From contig OZ219866.1 of NCBI GenBank assembly GCA_964291675.2, forward strand, positions 3,168,001 through 3,232,000: a stretch of DNA of 64,000 nucleotides. Direction: 5' to 3'. Of the stretch, positions 49,215-57,051 are shown piece after piece. Every line of letters begins with the position of its first letter. Position 1 is the stretch's first letter. The position numbers and the translations under genes were made by a program. This DNA comes from Alphaproteobacteria bacterium. GTDB taxonomy: Bacteria > Pseudomonadota > Alphaproteobacteria > MPNO01. Below the pieces are notes generated by a model. The model was not told the origin of the DNA and searched no databases. It saw only the letters and a list, made by a program, of their open reading frames with translations.

Positions 49215-49649
49215 ATGGCACAGCGCGATTGGGCGAGGGACCACGTCAGGCGGTACCGAGCGACCGGCGGCGCCGACGGGCATATCTGGAAGGGGCATGA
49301 CGGGACGGGCAACTTCCCTTGCCTGTTGCTGACCACCACCGGGCGCAGGACCGGCGAGCCGCGGACGACGCCGCTGATCTACGGCTGCGACGGGCCGGAC
49401 TACGTCGTCATCGCCTCCCAGGGCGGTCGGCCCGAGCACCCGCACTGGTACCTCAACCTGGCGGCCGACCCGGCGGTGGACGTGCAGGTCGAGGCGGTGT
49501 CCTTCGCCGCCACCGCGCGGACCGCGCAAGGCGAGTACCGCGACCGGCTGTGGCAGATGATGGCCGCGCTCTACCCGCCCTACGACGCCTACCGGGAGAA
49601 GGCCGCCGCGACCCGCGAGATCCCGGTCGTCGTGCTGTCCAGGGCGTAG
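49215..49649 (+). CDS. Deazaflavin (F420)-dependent nitroreductase family protein (Ddn-like)
   Basis: LLLTTTGRRTGEPRTTPL, VIASQGG..HPHWYLNL.ADP, YDAY...REIPVVVL. Confidence 0.9.
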   Translation: MAQRDWARDHVRRYRATGGADGHIWKGHDGTGNFPCLLLTTTGRRTGEPRTTPLIYGCDGPDYVVIASQGGRPEHPHWYLNLAADPAVDVQVEAVSFAATARTAQGEYRDRLWQMMAALYPPYDAYREKAAATREIPVVVLSRA

Positions 49650-49771
49650 CCGCCGCGCCGCGTCCCGCCGGGACGCCGGGCCGGATTCGGGGCGAATGGG
49701 GGTTTTGCGCGGGCGGCTTACCATTTGCGGCACGCTCTTGAGGCGATGGATAAGTCAACAATGCTGACCAT

Positions 49772-49787
49772 TGTTTCACGTGAAACA
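49772..49787. promoter_or_regulatory. parS: parS-consensus palindrome
   Basis: TGTTTCACGTGAAACA is a perfect match to the ParB/Spo0J binding consensus. Confidence 0.7.
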
Positions 49788-49997
49788 TTAAATAATACAG
49801 GTTTCGGATGCGTAATCAGGCCGTATCAGCGCTTGTCAGGATTTGTATGGAGTGGGTGTTTTCTGCTTTATTCCAATAGCTTGCGGATGTATCGGATTGC
49901 CATTCGGTGGCTAGCGTTTCCCCCTCTGATCCACGGTTGACTTTCATGTGTTGAGGTTCTAGATGATATTTCGAGAGATTTTAGAGAGGGTGTCTCT

Positions 49998-51230
49998 ATG
50001 TCAACACTGTCCGGAAAACGGGTCGCCCAGCTCAAGCTCACATTGAATAAGCGCAGCGTCGAGGCCCTCATGCCGGCCGACAAACCCTTCATCGCCTGGG
50101 ACGACAGGCTGACGGGGTTCGGGGTCAGGGTACAGCCCTCGGGGGTGCGGTCCTATCTGGTGAACTACCGCGCCTCGGGCGGCGGCAGGCGGGCCGCCAA
50201 CCGGCGGCTCGTCATCGGCCGGCACGGGCGGGTCTCGGCAGAGCAGGCAAGACGCATCGCCCACGAGACGCTCGGCAAGGTCGCCGCCGGGGAGGACCCG
50301 GCGGAGGGGCGCACCCGGTCGCGGTCGACGCCCACGCTGCGCGAGGCCTTCGAGGAGTACCTGTCGATGGGGCCGGAGAGGAAGCCGCGCACCGTCGAGG
50401 TCTACCGGAGGACGGTGTATCACGATCTCGAGCCCTGGCTCGACCGGTCGCTCAACACAATCTCCCGCAAGGACGTCGAGCAGTGCTTCAACCGGCTGAC
50501 CTCCGAGATCGGCTGGGTGGGGGCCAACTCGGCGCTCATCATGCTGGGGGCGCTGTACCGGCGGCAATGCGTCGACGTCCAGGGTCTGCACAACCCGGTG
50601 GCGCAGTGGCGCGCGGCGGGCGGGCGGCTGCACCGCCAGCGGCGGCGGCGCATCCAGCCTCCGGCCGAGGTTCTGCCGCGCTGGCACAGGGGGATCGAGA
50701 AGGGGGTTCGCAACCCGGTGGCGCGGGATGCGCTGCGGCTCGGCCTCTACACCGGCATGCGCCATTCCGAGGTGCTGGAGCTACGCTGGGACATGGTGGA
50801 CCTCGATGCGATGACGCTGACGGTCGAGGAGACCAAGTCGGGCGAGCCGCTGGAGATCCCGATCGTCCGGCAGGTCGGGGAGATCCTCCGACGCCGCGCG
50901 GCCGAGCGCGGGAACTTTCCGGCGGAGAGCCGCGTCTGGGTGTTCCCGTCGGAGACCAGCGCCTCGGGGCGGCTCGTGACGACGCAGCAGCTGAACGCGC
51001 GGATCGGCGAGGCGGGCGGTGCGAAGTTCTGGTTCCATGCGCTGCGCAACTGCTTCATCACGGTGGCGGACCGGGAGCTGATGCTGCCGACCAGTCTCAC
51101 CAAGCGGCTGGTCAACCATGCGAGGCCCAGCGACGTCACCGAGGGCTACGCGTCGGACTGGACGGCGGACCAGCTCCGCGAGGCCGCGCAGCGCATCGCC
51201 GATCGCATCGATGAGCTGATCAAATGTTGA
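49998..51230 (+). CDS. Tyrosine recombinase/integrase with N-terminal arm-binding domain
   Basis: WDDRLTGFGVRV arm-binding region. Catalytic residues in TGMRHSE, TKSG, HALR, VNH and EGY. Confidence 0.93.
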   Translation: MSTLSGKRVAQLKLTLNKRSVEALMPADKPFIAWDDRLTGFGVRVQPSGVRSYLVNYRASGGGRRAANRRLVIGRHGRVSAEQARRIAHETLGKVAAGEDPAEGRTRSRSTPTLREAFEEYLSMGPERKPRTVEVYRRTVYHDLEPWLDRSLNTISRKDVEQCFNRLTSEIGWVGANSALIMLGALYRRQCVDVQGLHNPVAQWRAAGGRLHRQRRRRIQPPAEVLPRWHRGIEKGVRNPVARDALRLGLYTGMRHSEVLELRWDMVDLDAMTLTVEETKSGEPLEIPIVRQVGEILRRRAAERGNFPAESRVWVFPSETSASGRLVTTQQLNARIGEAGGAKFWFHALRNCFITVADRELMLPTSLTKRLVNHARPSDVTEGYASDWTADQLREAAQRIADRIDELIKC

Positions 51231-51241
51231 GCTCAACATTT
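51222..51241. repeat. Perfect 20-bp palindrome over the integrase stop codon
   Basis: AAATGTTGAG-CTCAACATTT. Confidence 0.8.
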
Positions 51242-51634
51242 TGACTATGCACTTATCGGTCGTGCGCAGCAGGACCGATAAGAGCATTGAGCTGAGCCGC
51301 ACGGCGGAGCGGTGACTCCGAGCTACGGCAAAGTATCCGCTCAGCAAGAGTCGACTACGCCAGGAAGTCACAGAAATGGGCGCGCGGTCCGATTTCATGG
51401 TTTAACTTGTCCACAAATTCGGTTGTTCCGGTGAGGAACTGACGACCGCGAGCGGGAGAACGAAAAAAGAAGGCAATTACATACCTAACTGTGCAAACAC
51501 AGAAACCAAACTGTCCCCAACGGCATTCCAACCGGAGACTACAGGACCATCACTGATCCAAACAGGCTAACTGTGAAAACCGTCCAAAAAAACACCATAA
51601 GCCTAAGACCAAACCCCCACAAAAAACACCTTGC

Positions 51635-51663
51635 TTGACCTCCTTAGATCGCCCTGCTATTCG
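51635..51663 (+). promoter_or_regulatory. Sigma70-like promoter of the tRNA gene
   Basis: TTGACC (51635-40), 17 nt, TATTCG (51658-63) with extended TG. The -7 T is missing, which is common in alphaproteobacteria. Confidence 0.55.
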
Positions 51664-51671
51664 TTCAACGT

Positions 51672-51759
51672 CTAGTAGTGGCGAAAATGGTAGACGCGAC
51701 CGATTACCAATCGGTTAAGTGTAATGCTTGTGGGGGTTCGAGTCCCTCCTACTAGACCA
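51672..51759 (+). tRNA. Class II (long variable arm) tRNA with anticodon ACC (Gly) on a tRNA-Leu-like body
   Basis: Acceptor CTAGTAG/CTACTAG, A73, encoded CCA. D arm GCG-AAAATGGTAGA-CGC. Anticodon arm ACCGA-TTACCAA-TCGGT. 16-nt variable stem-loop. T arm GGGGG-TTCGAGT-CCCTC. Confidence 0.9.
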
Positions 51760-51810
51760 GCGGGGACAGACTTCGGCATTGCTGATGTTTGGTCCCCGCA
51801 CTTCTATTTA
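51760..51810 (+). terminator. Long hairpin directly after the tRNA CCA, possible terminator or processing signal
   Basis: GCGGGGAC...GTCCCCGC closing stem with further internal pairing, followed by ACTTCTATTT. Confidence 0.5.
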
Positions 51811-51822
51811 TCCACCTACAAT

Positions 51823-52167
51823 CTACTCCCCGCCGCGTTCGACCGCCTTCAAATCAGTCAACACCGAAACAGCATTGTCTATCAGATAACCCTTGGTCTG
51901 GACCAATGAATCCCCGCTATCGGAAAATACCGAGTCCATCTCGCCTTTCATTCCTTCCAAAGCCTCAATATCACGATCCGCAAGAGCATTGCCGACGTGC
52001 CCGATAAACGAGATAAGTCCATCAACCGATATATCCGAACTATCCTCCTTCAACCCGGCTAATTCCTTCACTCGTTCTAACTCTTTCAAGTATTTCCCTT
52101 TCCTCAAATCTCGCAACAAGTCCTTGAACCAATTAGGTCTCCGCTTTGCTGACTGTAGAATTGTCAT
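51823..52167 (-). CDS. Hypothetical protein (114 aa)
   Basis: ATG preceded by a GGGGAA purine run, protein-like composition in AT-rich DNA, divergent from the transposase. Confidence 0.6.
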   Translation of the reverse strand: MTILQSAKRRPNWFKDLLRDLRKGKYLKELERVKELAGLKEDSSDISVDGLISFIGHVGNALADRDIEALEGMKGEMDSVFSDSGDSLVQTKGYLIDNAVSVLTDLKAVERGGE

Positions 52168-52208
52168 CTTTCCCCACTAAAATTTATCAAACAATCACCA
52201 ATAAGCCC

Positions 52209-52237
52209 TTGACAAAAGCACCATAAAAGCCTATATT
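52209..52237 (+). promoter_or_regulatory. Near-consensus sigma70 promoter of the transposase
   Basis: TTGACA-17 nt-TATATT. Confidence 0.7.
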
Positions 52238-52265
52238 AACACCATCAAACAAGGGATATTAGACG

Positions 52266-53201
52266 ATGAAAGCGCCCGGCAAATCGGACAGAGACGGCAT
52301 CACAATAATTCAATTATTCAAGATGTTTCCTGATGATGATACCGCTCAGGCTTGGTTTGAAGAAAAGCGGTGGGGAAAAGACAAAGATAACCCGACTTGC
52401 CCCAAGTGTGGCACCATTGACAAGACCAAGCGCACTCCGACACACACTATGCCCTATTACTGCAATTCGTGCCGGAGAGGTTTCAGTGTCCGCACCGGAA
52501 CCGCAATGCAGAAATCTCAAATCGGCTACCAGAAATGGGCAATTGCGATCTATATGACCATTACCAGCCTGAAAGGGGTTTCCTCAATGAAGCTCCATAG
52601 GGAATTGGGGATAACCCAAAAGTCAGCTTGGTATATGGAGCATCGCATTCGCACTGGCTTTGGTGGCGTTGATCTGCCTTTCGCCGGACCGGTCGAAGCG
52701 GACGAAACCTATATCGGCGGGAAGGAAAAGAACAAGCACAAGTACAAGAAGCTGAATGCCGGACGCGGCGGGGTCGGCAAGAGTATTGTTGCTGGCATTA
52801 AGGGTCGCAAGACCAAACAGATTACCGCCAAAGTCGTTTATGAAACCTCTGCAATGACTTTACAGGGTTATGTCCGGGCGAACACCAAAGAAGGCACGAT
52901 GGTCTATACCGACGAAAGCAAGTCCTACAAGGGTCTGCCCTATCACCAGTCAGTCAATCATACCGCCAAGCAATGGGTTGTCGGACAAGCCCACACAAAC
53001 GGGATGGAGAATTTCTGGTCTATTTTCAAGCGAGCGTATCACGGAACTTTCCACCGGATGAGCGCAAAGCACCTGCATCGCTATGTCAATGAATTCGCCG
53101 GTCGGCACAATATCCGGGAAATGGACACCAAGGACCAGATGACGGCGATCTTCCAAGGGATGGTCGGCAAGAGCCTGCCCTATGCCGATCTGGTGGCTTG
53201 A
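52266..53201 (+). CDS. IS1595 family DDE transposase
   Basis: N-terminal zinc ribbon CPKCG...YCNSC, FSVRTGT, VEADETYIGG, YTDE, HTNGMENFWS, YVNEFAGRHN. Confidence 0.95.
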   Translation: MKAPGKSDRDGITIIQLFKMFPDDDTAQAWFEEKRWGKDKDNPTCPKCGTIDKTKRTPTHTMPYYCNSCRRGFSVRTGTAMQKSQIGYQKWAIAIYMTITSLKGVSSMKLHRELGITQKSAWYMEHRIRTGFGGVDLPFAGPVEADETYIGGKEKNKHKYKKLNAGRGGVGKSIVAGIKGRKTKQITAKVVYETSAMTLQGYVRANTKEGTMVYTDESKSYKGLPYHQSVNHTAKQWVVGQAHTNGMENFWSIFKRAYHGTFHRMSAKHLHRYVNEFAGRHNIREMDTKDQMTAIFQGMVGKSLPYADLVA

Positions 53202-53227
53202 CAAGCCGTTTCCCTTCGTCCTAGCCT
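53198..53227 (+). promoter_or_regulatory. Sigma70-like promoter overlapping the transposase stop codon
   Basis: TTGACA (53198-53203), 18 nt, TAGCCT. Predicted start ~53234 coincides with the first base of the RNA stem. Confidence 0.55.
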
Positions 53228-53233
53228 TTTCCC

Positions 53234-53386
53234 TGCTATCGCACATAGACGCGCTGAGTCGGGTCGCCCGCTGAATAGAACAGCCGCAAGACCCGGCAGG
53301 GGTAGCTCCCCCGCCCGGCGAATAGGCGGGGTCTCTCACTTTCTGTGTGCGATAGCAACGGCCCGACACCATTCGGGCCGGTTGCT
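53234..53386 (+). ncRNA. Candidate structured RNA/5' leader, copy A
   Basis: 16-bp closing stem TGCTATCGCACATAGA/TCTGTGTGCGATAGCA. Inner stems GTCGGGTC/GACCCGGC and CCCCGCC/GGCGGGG. 3' hairpin CGGCCCGA-CACCAT-TCGGGCCG. Homologous to copy B. Confidence 0.65.
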
Positions 53387-53409
53387 GACTGGCGCAATGG
53401 AGGCGGGAA

Positions 53410-53832
53410 ATGAAGAAGATCGTGCTGGCGGGGATGGTTGCGGCCCTTATGGGTTGGAGTGGTTCGGTGGAGGCAAAGACTACCAAGTGTATTTTGAAGG
53501 GAGTCGGTTTTTCCGATGTAGATGCTCGCCAGTCTGCGATACTGGAACAAGTAGGAGCTACTTGCGAAACGATCATAGATGGACGCGCGATACAAAGACG
53601 GCAATCAGATACTACCGATATTTGCGGGCAAGCTAAGCAGGCTTGTAGCAATGTAATTTATTCCTGTAGGCGGAACGCGAGACTCGCACAAGCCGAACGT
53701 TATATGTGCCAGAATGCCACCAGTCATCGCATTTTGCTAAGTTGTCTCAAGACAAGAAACACGGCGGCAAAGCATTGCCGGTCTGCGACAAATTGCTTGA
53801 GGCAATACGGTTGTATGGAAAGTGTCCAATGA
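53410..53832 (+). CDS. Small secreted cysteine-rich hypothetical protein
   Basis: GGAGG RBS, Sec-type signal peptide MKKIVLAGMVAALMGWSGSVEA, 10 Cys. Confidence 0.75.
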   Translation: MKKIVLAGMVAALMGWSGSVEAKTTKCILKGVGFSDVDARQSAILEQVGATCETIIDGRAIQRRQSDTTDICGQAKQACSNVIYSCRRNARLAQAERYMCQNATSHRILLSCLKTRNTAAKHCRSATNCLRQYGCMESVQ

Positions 53833-54137
53833 CTGTCGTTCATGCGCTGGTGCTTGTGGCCTATAGCGCACTGGCTCAAGAAGTCACTCGGACTAAGATC
53901 ATGTCTTTTCACAAGAACCATTTCTCTTGTGTTCAGACTATGAATAAGGAACGGTTCAGGGGTCGCCGGTTACAATTCAATGAGAACTACGTCTGCCTAC
54001 AGCTACAGGATTCCCACATAGGCTCACAGCTGCTACGTATGGGCGGGAATGATCGGATTGTGATTCATGGAACCAAGCGGTTCTTTAACAAGCCAAAGCG
54101 GGATAGGTGGTATCAGAAGCGGAAATGGGATAGGTGA
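53829..54137 (+). CDS. Hypothetical protein
   Basis: ATGA coupling with the upstream gene, hydrophobic N-terminus. Confidence 0.55.
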   Translation: MTVVHALVLVAYSALAQEVTRTKIMSFHKNHFSCVQTMNKERFRGRRLQFNENYVCLQLQDSHIGSQLLRMGGNDRIVIHGTKRFFNKPKRDRWYQKRKWDR

Positions 54138-54334
54138 AGGAGGATGAAGGGATGACGAAAACGAAGGTTGTCAAAGGCGAGAACTTTGATATTGATCTTC
54201 AAGCCGAAATCAACGGACAATGGGAAACGGTTGTCACCATTCCTTGTTCATCGGAGGAACAGCATGAGAAACTTTCGAAAGGAATACTTGATTGGGGGCA
54301 CTATGTAATGAATGAAACTCGGTGTAGTCCTTAA
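54134..54334 (+). CDS. Hypothetical small protein
   Basis: Overlaps the upstream stop. Alternative ATG after GGAGG. Confidence 0.5.
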   Translation: MKEDEGMTKTKVVKGENFDIDLQAEINGQWETVVTIPCSSEEQHEKLSKGILDWGHYVMNETRCSP

Positions 54335-54443
54335 TCCCTGTTCGTCCTTTTTGTCATATGTCTTGACGAATCGAAGCTGGTCTCGATCTAACGTGTAGAT
54401 TTGATCCACTTCACCGTTTGAACGGGTTTGGTGGAAAAGTCAA

Positions 54444-54464
54444 TAGACAATAGTCTATTGTCTA
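54444..54464. promoter_or_regulatory. Perfect 10-1-10 palindrome, candidate operator
   Basis: TAGACAATAG-T-CTATTGTCTA. Confidence 0.5.
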
Positions 54465-54801
54465 CCGGTAGGGCCTTGTTCCGTTTCGCACTGGACTTCT
54501 TCGCTGGCTCTGGCCCATTTGTGGTTGGATCGGATCACGAAGAGACAGACGACGCGGACGATGCCCAGTAAACGCAATCAAACGTATCAAATCGATGTCG
54601 AGGTAGTCACCCTGAATTCGGGTCAGCCGGCAGTTCGCCTTGCATGCCTTTGGTGCAATTGTCTCAGCCCCTCCCCGTTCCGGTCCGCGATCGCCCTCAA
54701 TTCTATCGCTCCTCGATGCAGCACAGCTGGCACAGGCTCTTTCAATAGACCTCTTTCGCGCCGTGACATGCGGTTGAAATCGCGGCTGCCGGGGCCTTTA
54801 G

Positions 54802-55134
54802 TCATGGTCCGCTCAAATTCTTGAGTTCTTCTTCGTAAAACTTCTTTCGCAAAGCCTTGTAAACCCGTTCGTATTCCCACTTCCCGGCAATACAGGTCGG
54901 CCAATAAGAGGCGTCTTTTCTGGAACAGTGGCTTAGCCTCTTTTTTCCTTCAGACGTTCCGGTTATGGCCTTGAAGGCTCGATAATAAGCCCGTTTGTAC
55001 GCCTTTTCGGACAGCTTTATTGCCGCAATCATCTCCTCGGCAAGAAGAACGTCCTCCTTCTCGCCGGAAGCCGCTTCGCTCGTCGTCGTAACCACCAACC
55101 CGACTACCACTGACACCAAGAGGACTATACGCAT
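54802..55134 (-). CDS. Small secreted hypothetical protein
   Basis: GGAGG RBS, signal peptide MRIVLLVSVVVGLVVTTTSEA, two Cys. Confidence 0.7.
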   Translation of the reverse strand: MRIVLLVSVVVGLVVTTTSEAASGEKEDVLLAEEMIAAIKLSEKAYKRAYYRAFKAITGTSEGKKRLSHCSRKDASYWPTCIAGKWEYERVYKALRKKFYEEELKNLSGP

Positions 55135-55157
55135 GCCACCCTCCCCGGCTTGTGTGT

Positions 55158-55310
55158 CGGCCCCGGCTGGTGCCGGGCCGTGTCATCGTCGAGCAGAGAG
55201 CAAGAGGTTCTACCTTTTCGCCCGTGGCAGCGTAGCTACTCCCTTCCGTCGATCGGGCTCTTCGATTCAACAGAAGACGCAACGTGGCGGGCTCCGCTCG
55301 ATCAAGTGAC
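55158..55310 (-). ncRNA. Candidate structured RNA/5' leader, copy B
   Basis: Closing stem GTCA..TCGAGCGGAG/CTCTGCTCGA..TGAC. Shares motifs TGAATnGAAnAGCC, GGGAGTAGCT, GGCGAAAAGG and ACGGCCCGGCACCA with copy A. TTGACG upstream at 55345-55340. Confidence 0.6.
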
Positions 55311-55735
55311 GGGAAGATGCTCCGTCGAACCGAGAAAAGCGTCAACCCCCCTGTGAGTCTTGCGGGATTTCGACGGCGATGCTACGGTGAGAAATGGTAG
55401 TCTCGGCCACAAGGGTCGGGGCACTGAATCACCGATGGGGCGGCATCCGAATCGGTTCACACAGGTCCAGCATGGATAGGCATCCCACGGCAGACTTTCC
55501 CTCGGAACGAACCTGTGACGGAACGAATTGCGTAAACCGGCCAAGCGTGCGCTCACCGGTAGGCGAGGAAACATATGGAAGACCCGCGTGCTCAATGCTT
55601 TAGGGAACTTCGAAGGCTCGAAAGTCTAGGCCATGAGGGCCTTCAGTATCTTTTTCACGAGAACCGGGAAACCGCTGAAGGCGGGATCGATGCCTGGATA
55701 ATCTGGGATCGGACCGGACAGGTCTTGGCAAGCGC

Positions 55736-55999
55736 ATGAGCCGGATCGTACGAAAAAGGAGGTCCGGATGCCGAATTGGGATAGCAACCGATGTTGCTGT
55801 TCGGGTGGCCGATCTTAAATCGGCCGGGAAAGTACCAAATGACGCGAAGTACAGAACGCTTTCTTCCGGATTGACATACAAACAGGCGAACGCTGAAGAG
55901 AAAGTACGACGACAGCGTTGTGGGCCGCATTGCGATGGAGAGTTGGGCGGTAGACCGAAGCCAGGAAGAGTATGGAGCGTCTATAGGATTGACTGGTGA
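55736..55999 (+). CDS. Hypothetical protein (87 aa)
   Basis: ORF with protein-like pattern (CRIGIATD...GLTYKQA...CGPHC...WSVYRIDW), convergent on the IS1595 remnant. Confidence 0.55.
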   Translation: MSRIVRKRRSGCRIGIATDVAVRVADLKSAGKVPNDAKYRTLSSGLTYKQANAEEKVRRQRCGPHCDGELGGRPKPGRVWSVYRIDW

Positions 56000-56003
56000 T
56001 CGT

Positions 56004-56234
56004 TCAGTCGGCCACCAGATCCCGATACATCAGCCTGCAGCCCGTGAGCGCTGCAACGCCAGTCATCGTCTGCGCGTCCGTCTAAGCGCGCCGGGCGTTG
56101 TGCTGGCCGGAGAACTCTTTGACGTATCGTTCGGGGTACGCCTTCGAGATCTTGCGGTAGACGCATTTGTGCGCTCGTTTCAGCGTCGCAGAGAATCTCG
56201 CTATTCCCTCCGTATGAACGTCCCCGCGGACATA
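56004..56234 (-). pseudogene. Degraded IS1595 transposase C-terminal remnant
   Basis: YVRGDVHTEGIARFSATLKRAHKCVYRKIS...RYVKEFSGQHNAR* then ...RLMYRDLVAD* aligns with the C-terminus of 52266-53201. Confidence 0.8.
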
Positions 56235-56289
56235 GACCGCCGCCGGCCCGCACGGCTGGGGAAAGGGAACGGCGGATACCTGCAAGGAG

Positions 56290-56553
56290 ATGTGGAGGCA
56301 GGTCGCCGCGGACATCAATTCCCTCCCGCCCGACGTGCGCACCCGGCAATACACCTCGGCGATCGTCAAGTCCGCGCAGGCGATGTACCGCTGGTGCGAG
56401 GCGAACATGGCCTCCTGCGCGCGCCAGAGGGAGGAGGTCGAGCCGCGGGGATGCGCCCTGATCCCAGGGGTCGTCACCTATACCCTGAATCGAAAATTGT
56501 CCTGGACGGTGAACTGCACGAACACGACCTTGATGCTGCCGGGGAAGTGCTGA
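56290..56553 (+). CDS. Hypothetical Cys-containing protein or gene fragment
   Basis: ORF with host-like codon usage; no recognisable domain. Confidence 0.35.
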   Translation: MWRQVAADINSLPPDVRTRQYTSAIVKSAQAMYRWCEANMASCARQREEVEPRGCALIPGVVTYTLNRKLSWTVNCTNTTLMLPGKC

Positions 56554-57051
56554 GCGGTGCTGCGCGACCCTCTCACTTATCTGAGGGTGAACGAGGCGGC
56601 GTGTCGGGGGAATTAGGAGTTCTGCCCCTTTCTTATTTACCCGCCCGGCCTGAGCGGGTTCAACCGTGCCGGTGGATCGGGAGATTGGCGATATGAAGTG
56701 CTGGGTCGGCATCTCTATGGACGTTGCGGCTCATGTCGCCCCGCTCAAGGCCGCGAACTTGGTCCCGGCCGACGCCTCGTGGAGGACGCTGGCCGAGAAG
56801 CTTACCTACGACGAGGCCGTGGTTCTCGAATACTCCGAGCGAAGGGAATGCGGCCCCCTTTGCCGGGGCGCGGGTCGCGCCGAAGAAGCGCCGGATCGCC
56901 ACCTCGGGTCCGTGATCTCCGGGGCGGCGTGCCCCGCCAACCCGAGACCCTGCAACCCCCAACCCGACACCGACCAACTCAAATCACGGCGCTACGAAGG
57001 CGTCGAACACCCCCATGCGCGCGCAAAATCAGGCGACAATCGCTCTGTTCC

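Noticed and set aside
51472-51491. Defined IS1595 terminal inverted repeat
   Set aside because: No complementary right end was found by eye, so it is kept only as a candidate and IS boundaries are not annotated.
51672-51759. tRNA as the integrase attachment site or a host tRNA remnant; tRNA-Sec
   Set aside because: It is full-length, has an atypical sequence and lies inside AT-rich cargo, with no duplicate 3' half in the window. The 7/5 fold and ACC anticodon exclude Sec.
53234-53357. Retron msr-msd (long terminal inverted repeats resembling a1/a2)
   Set aside because: No reverse transcriptase in the window, and the second copy and 5'-leader position fit a cis element better.
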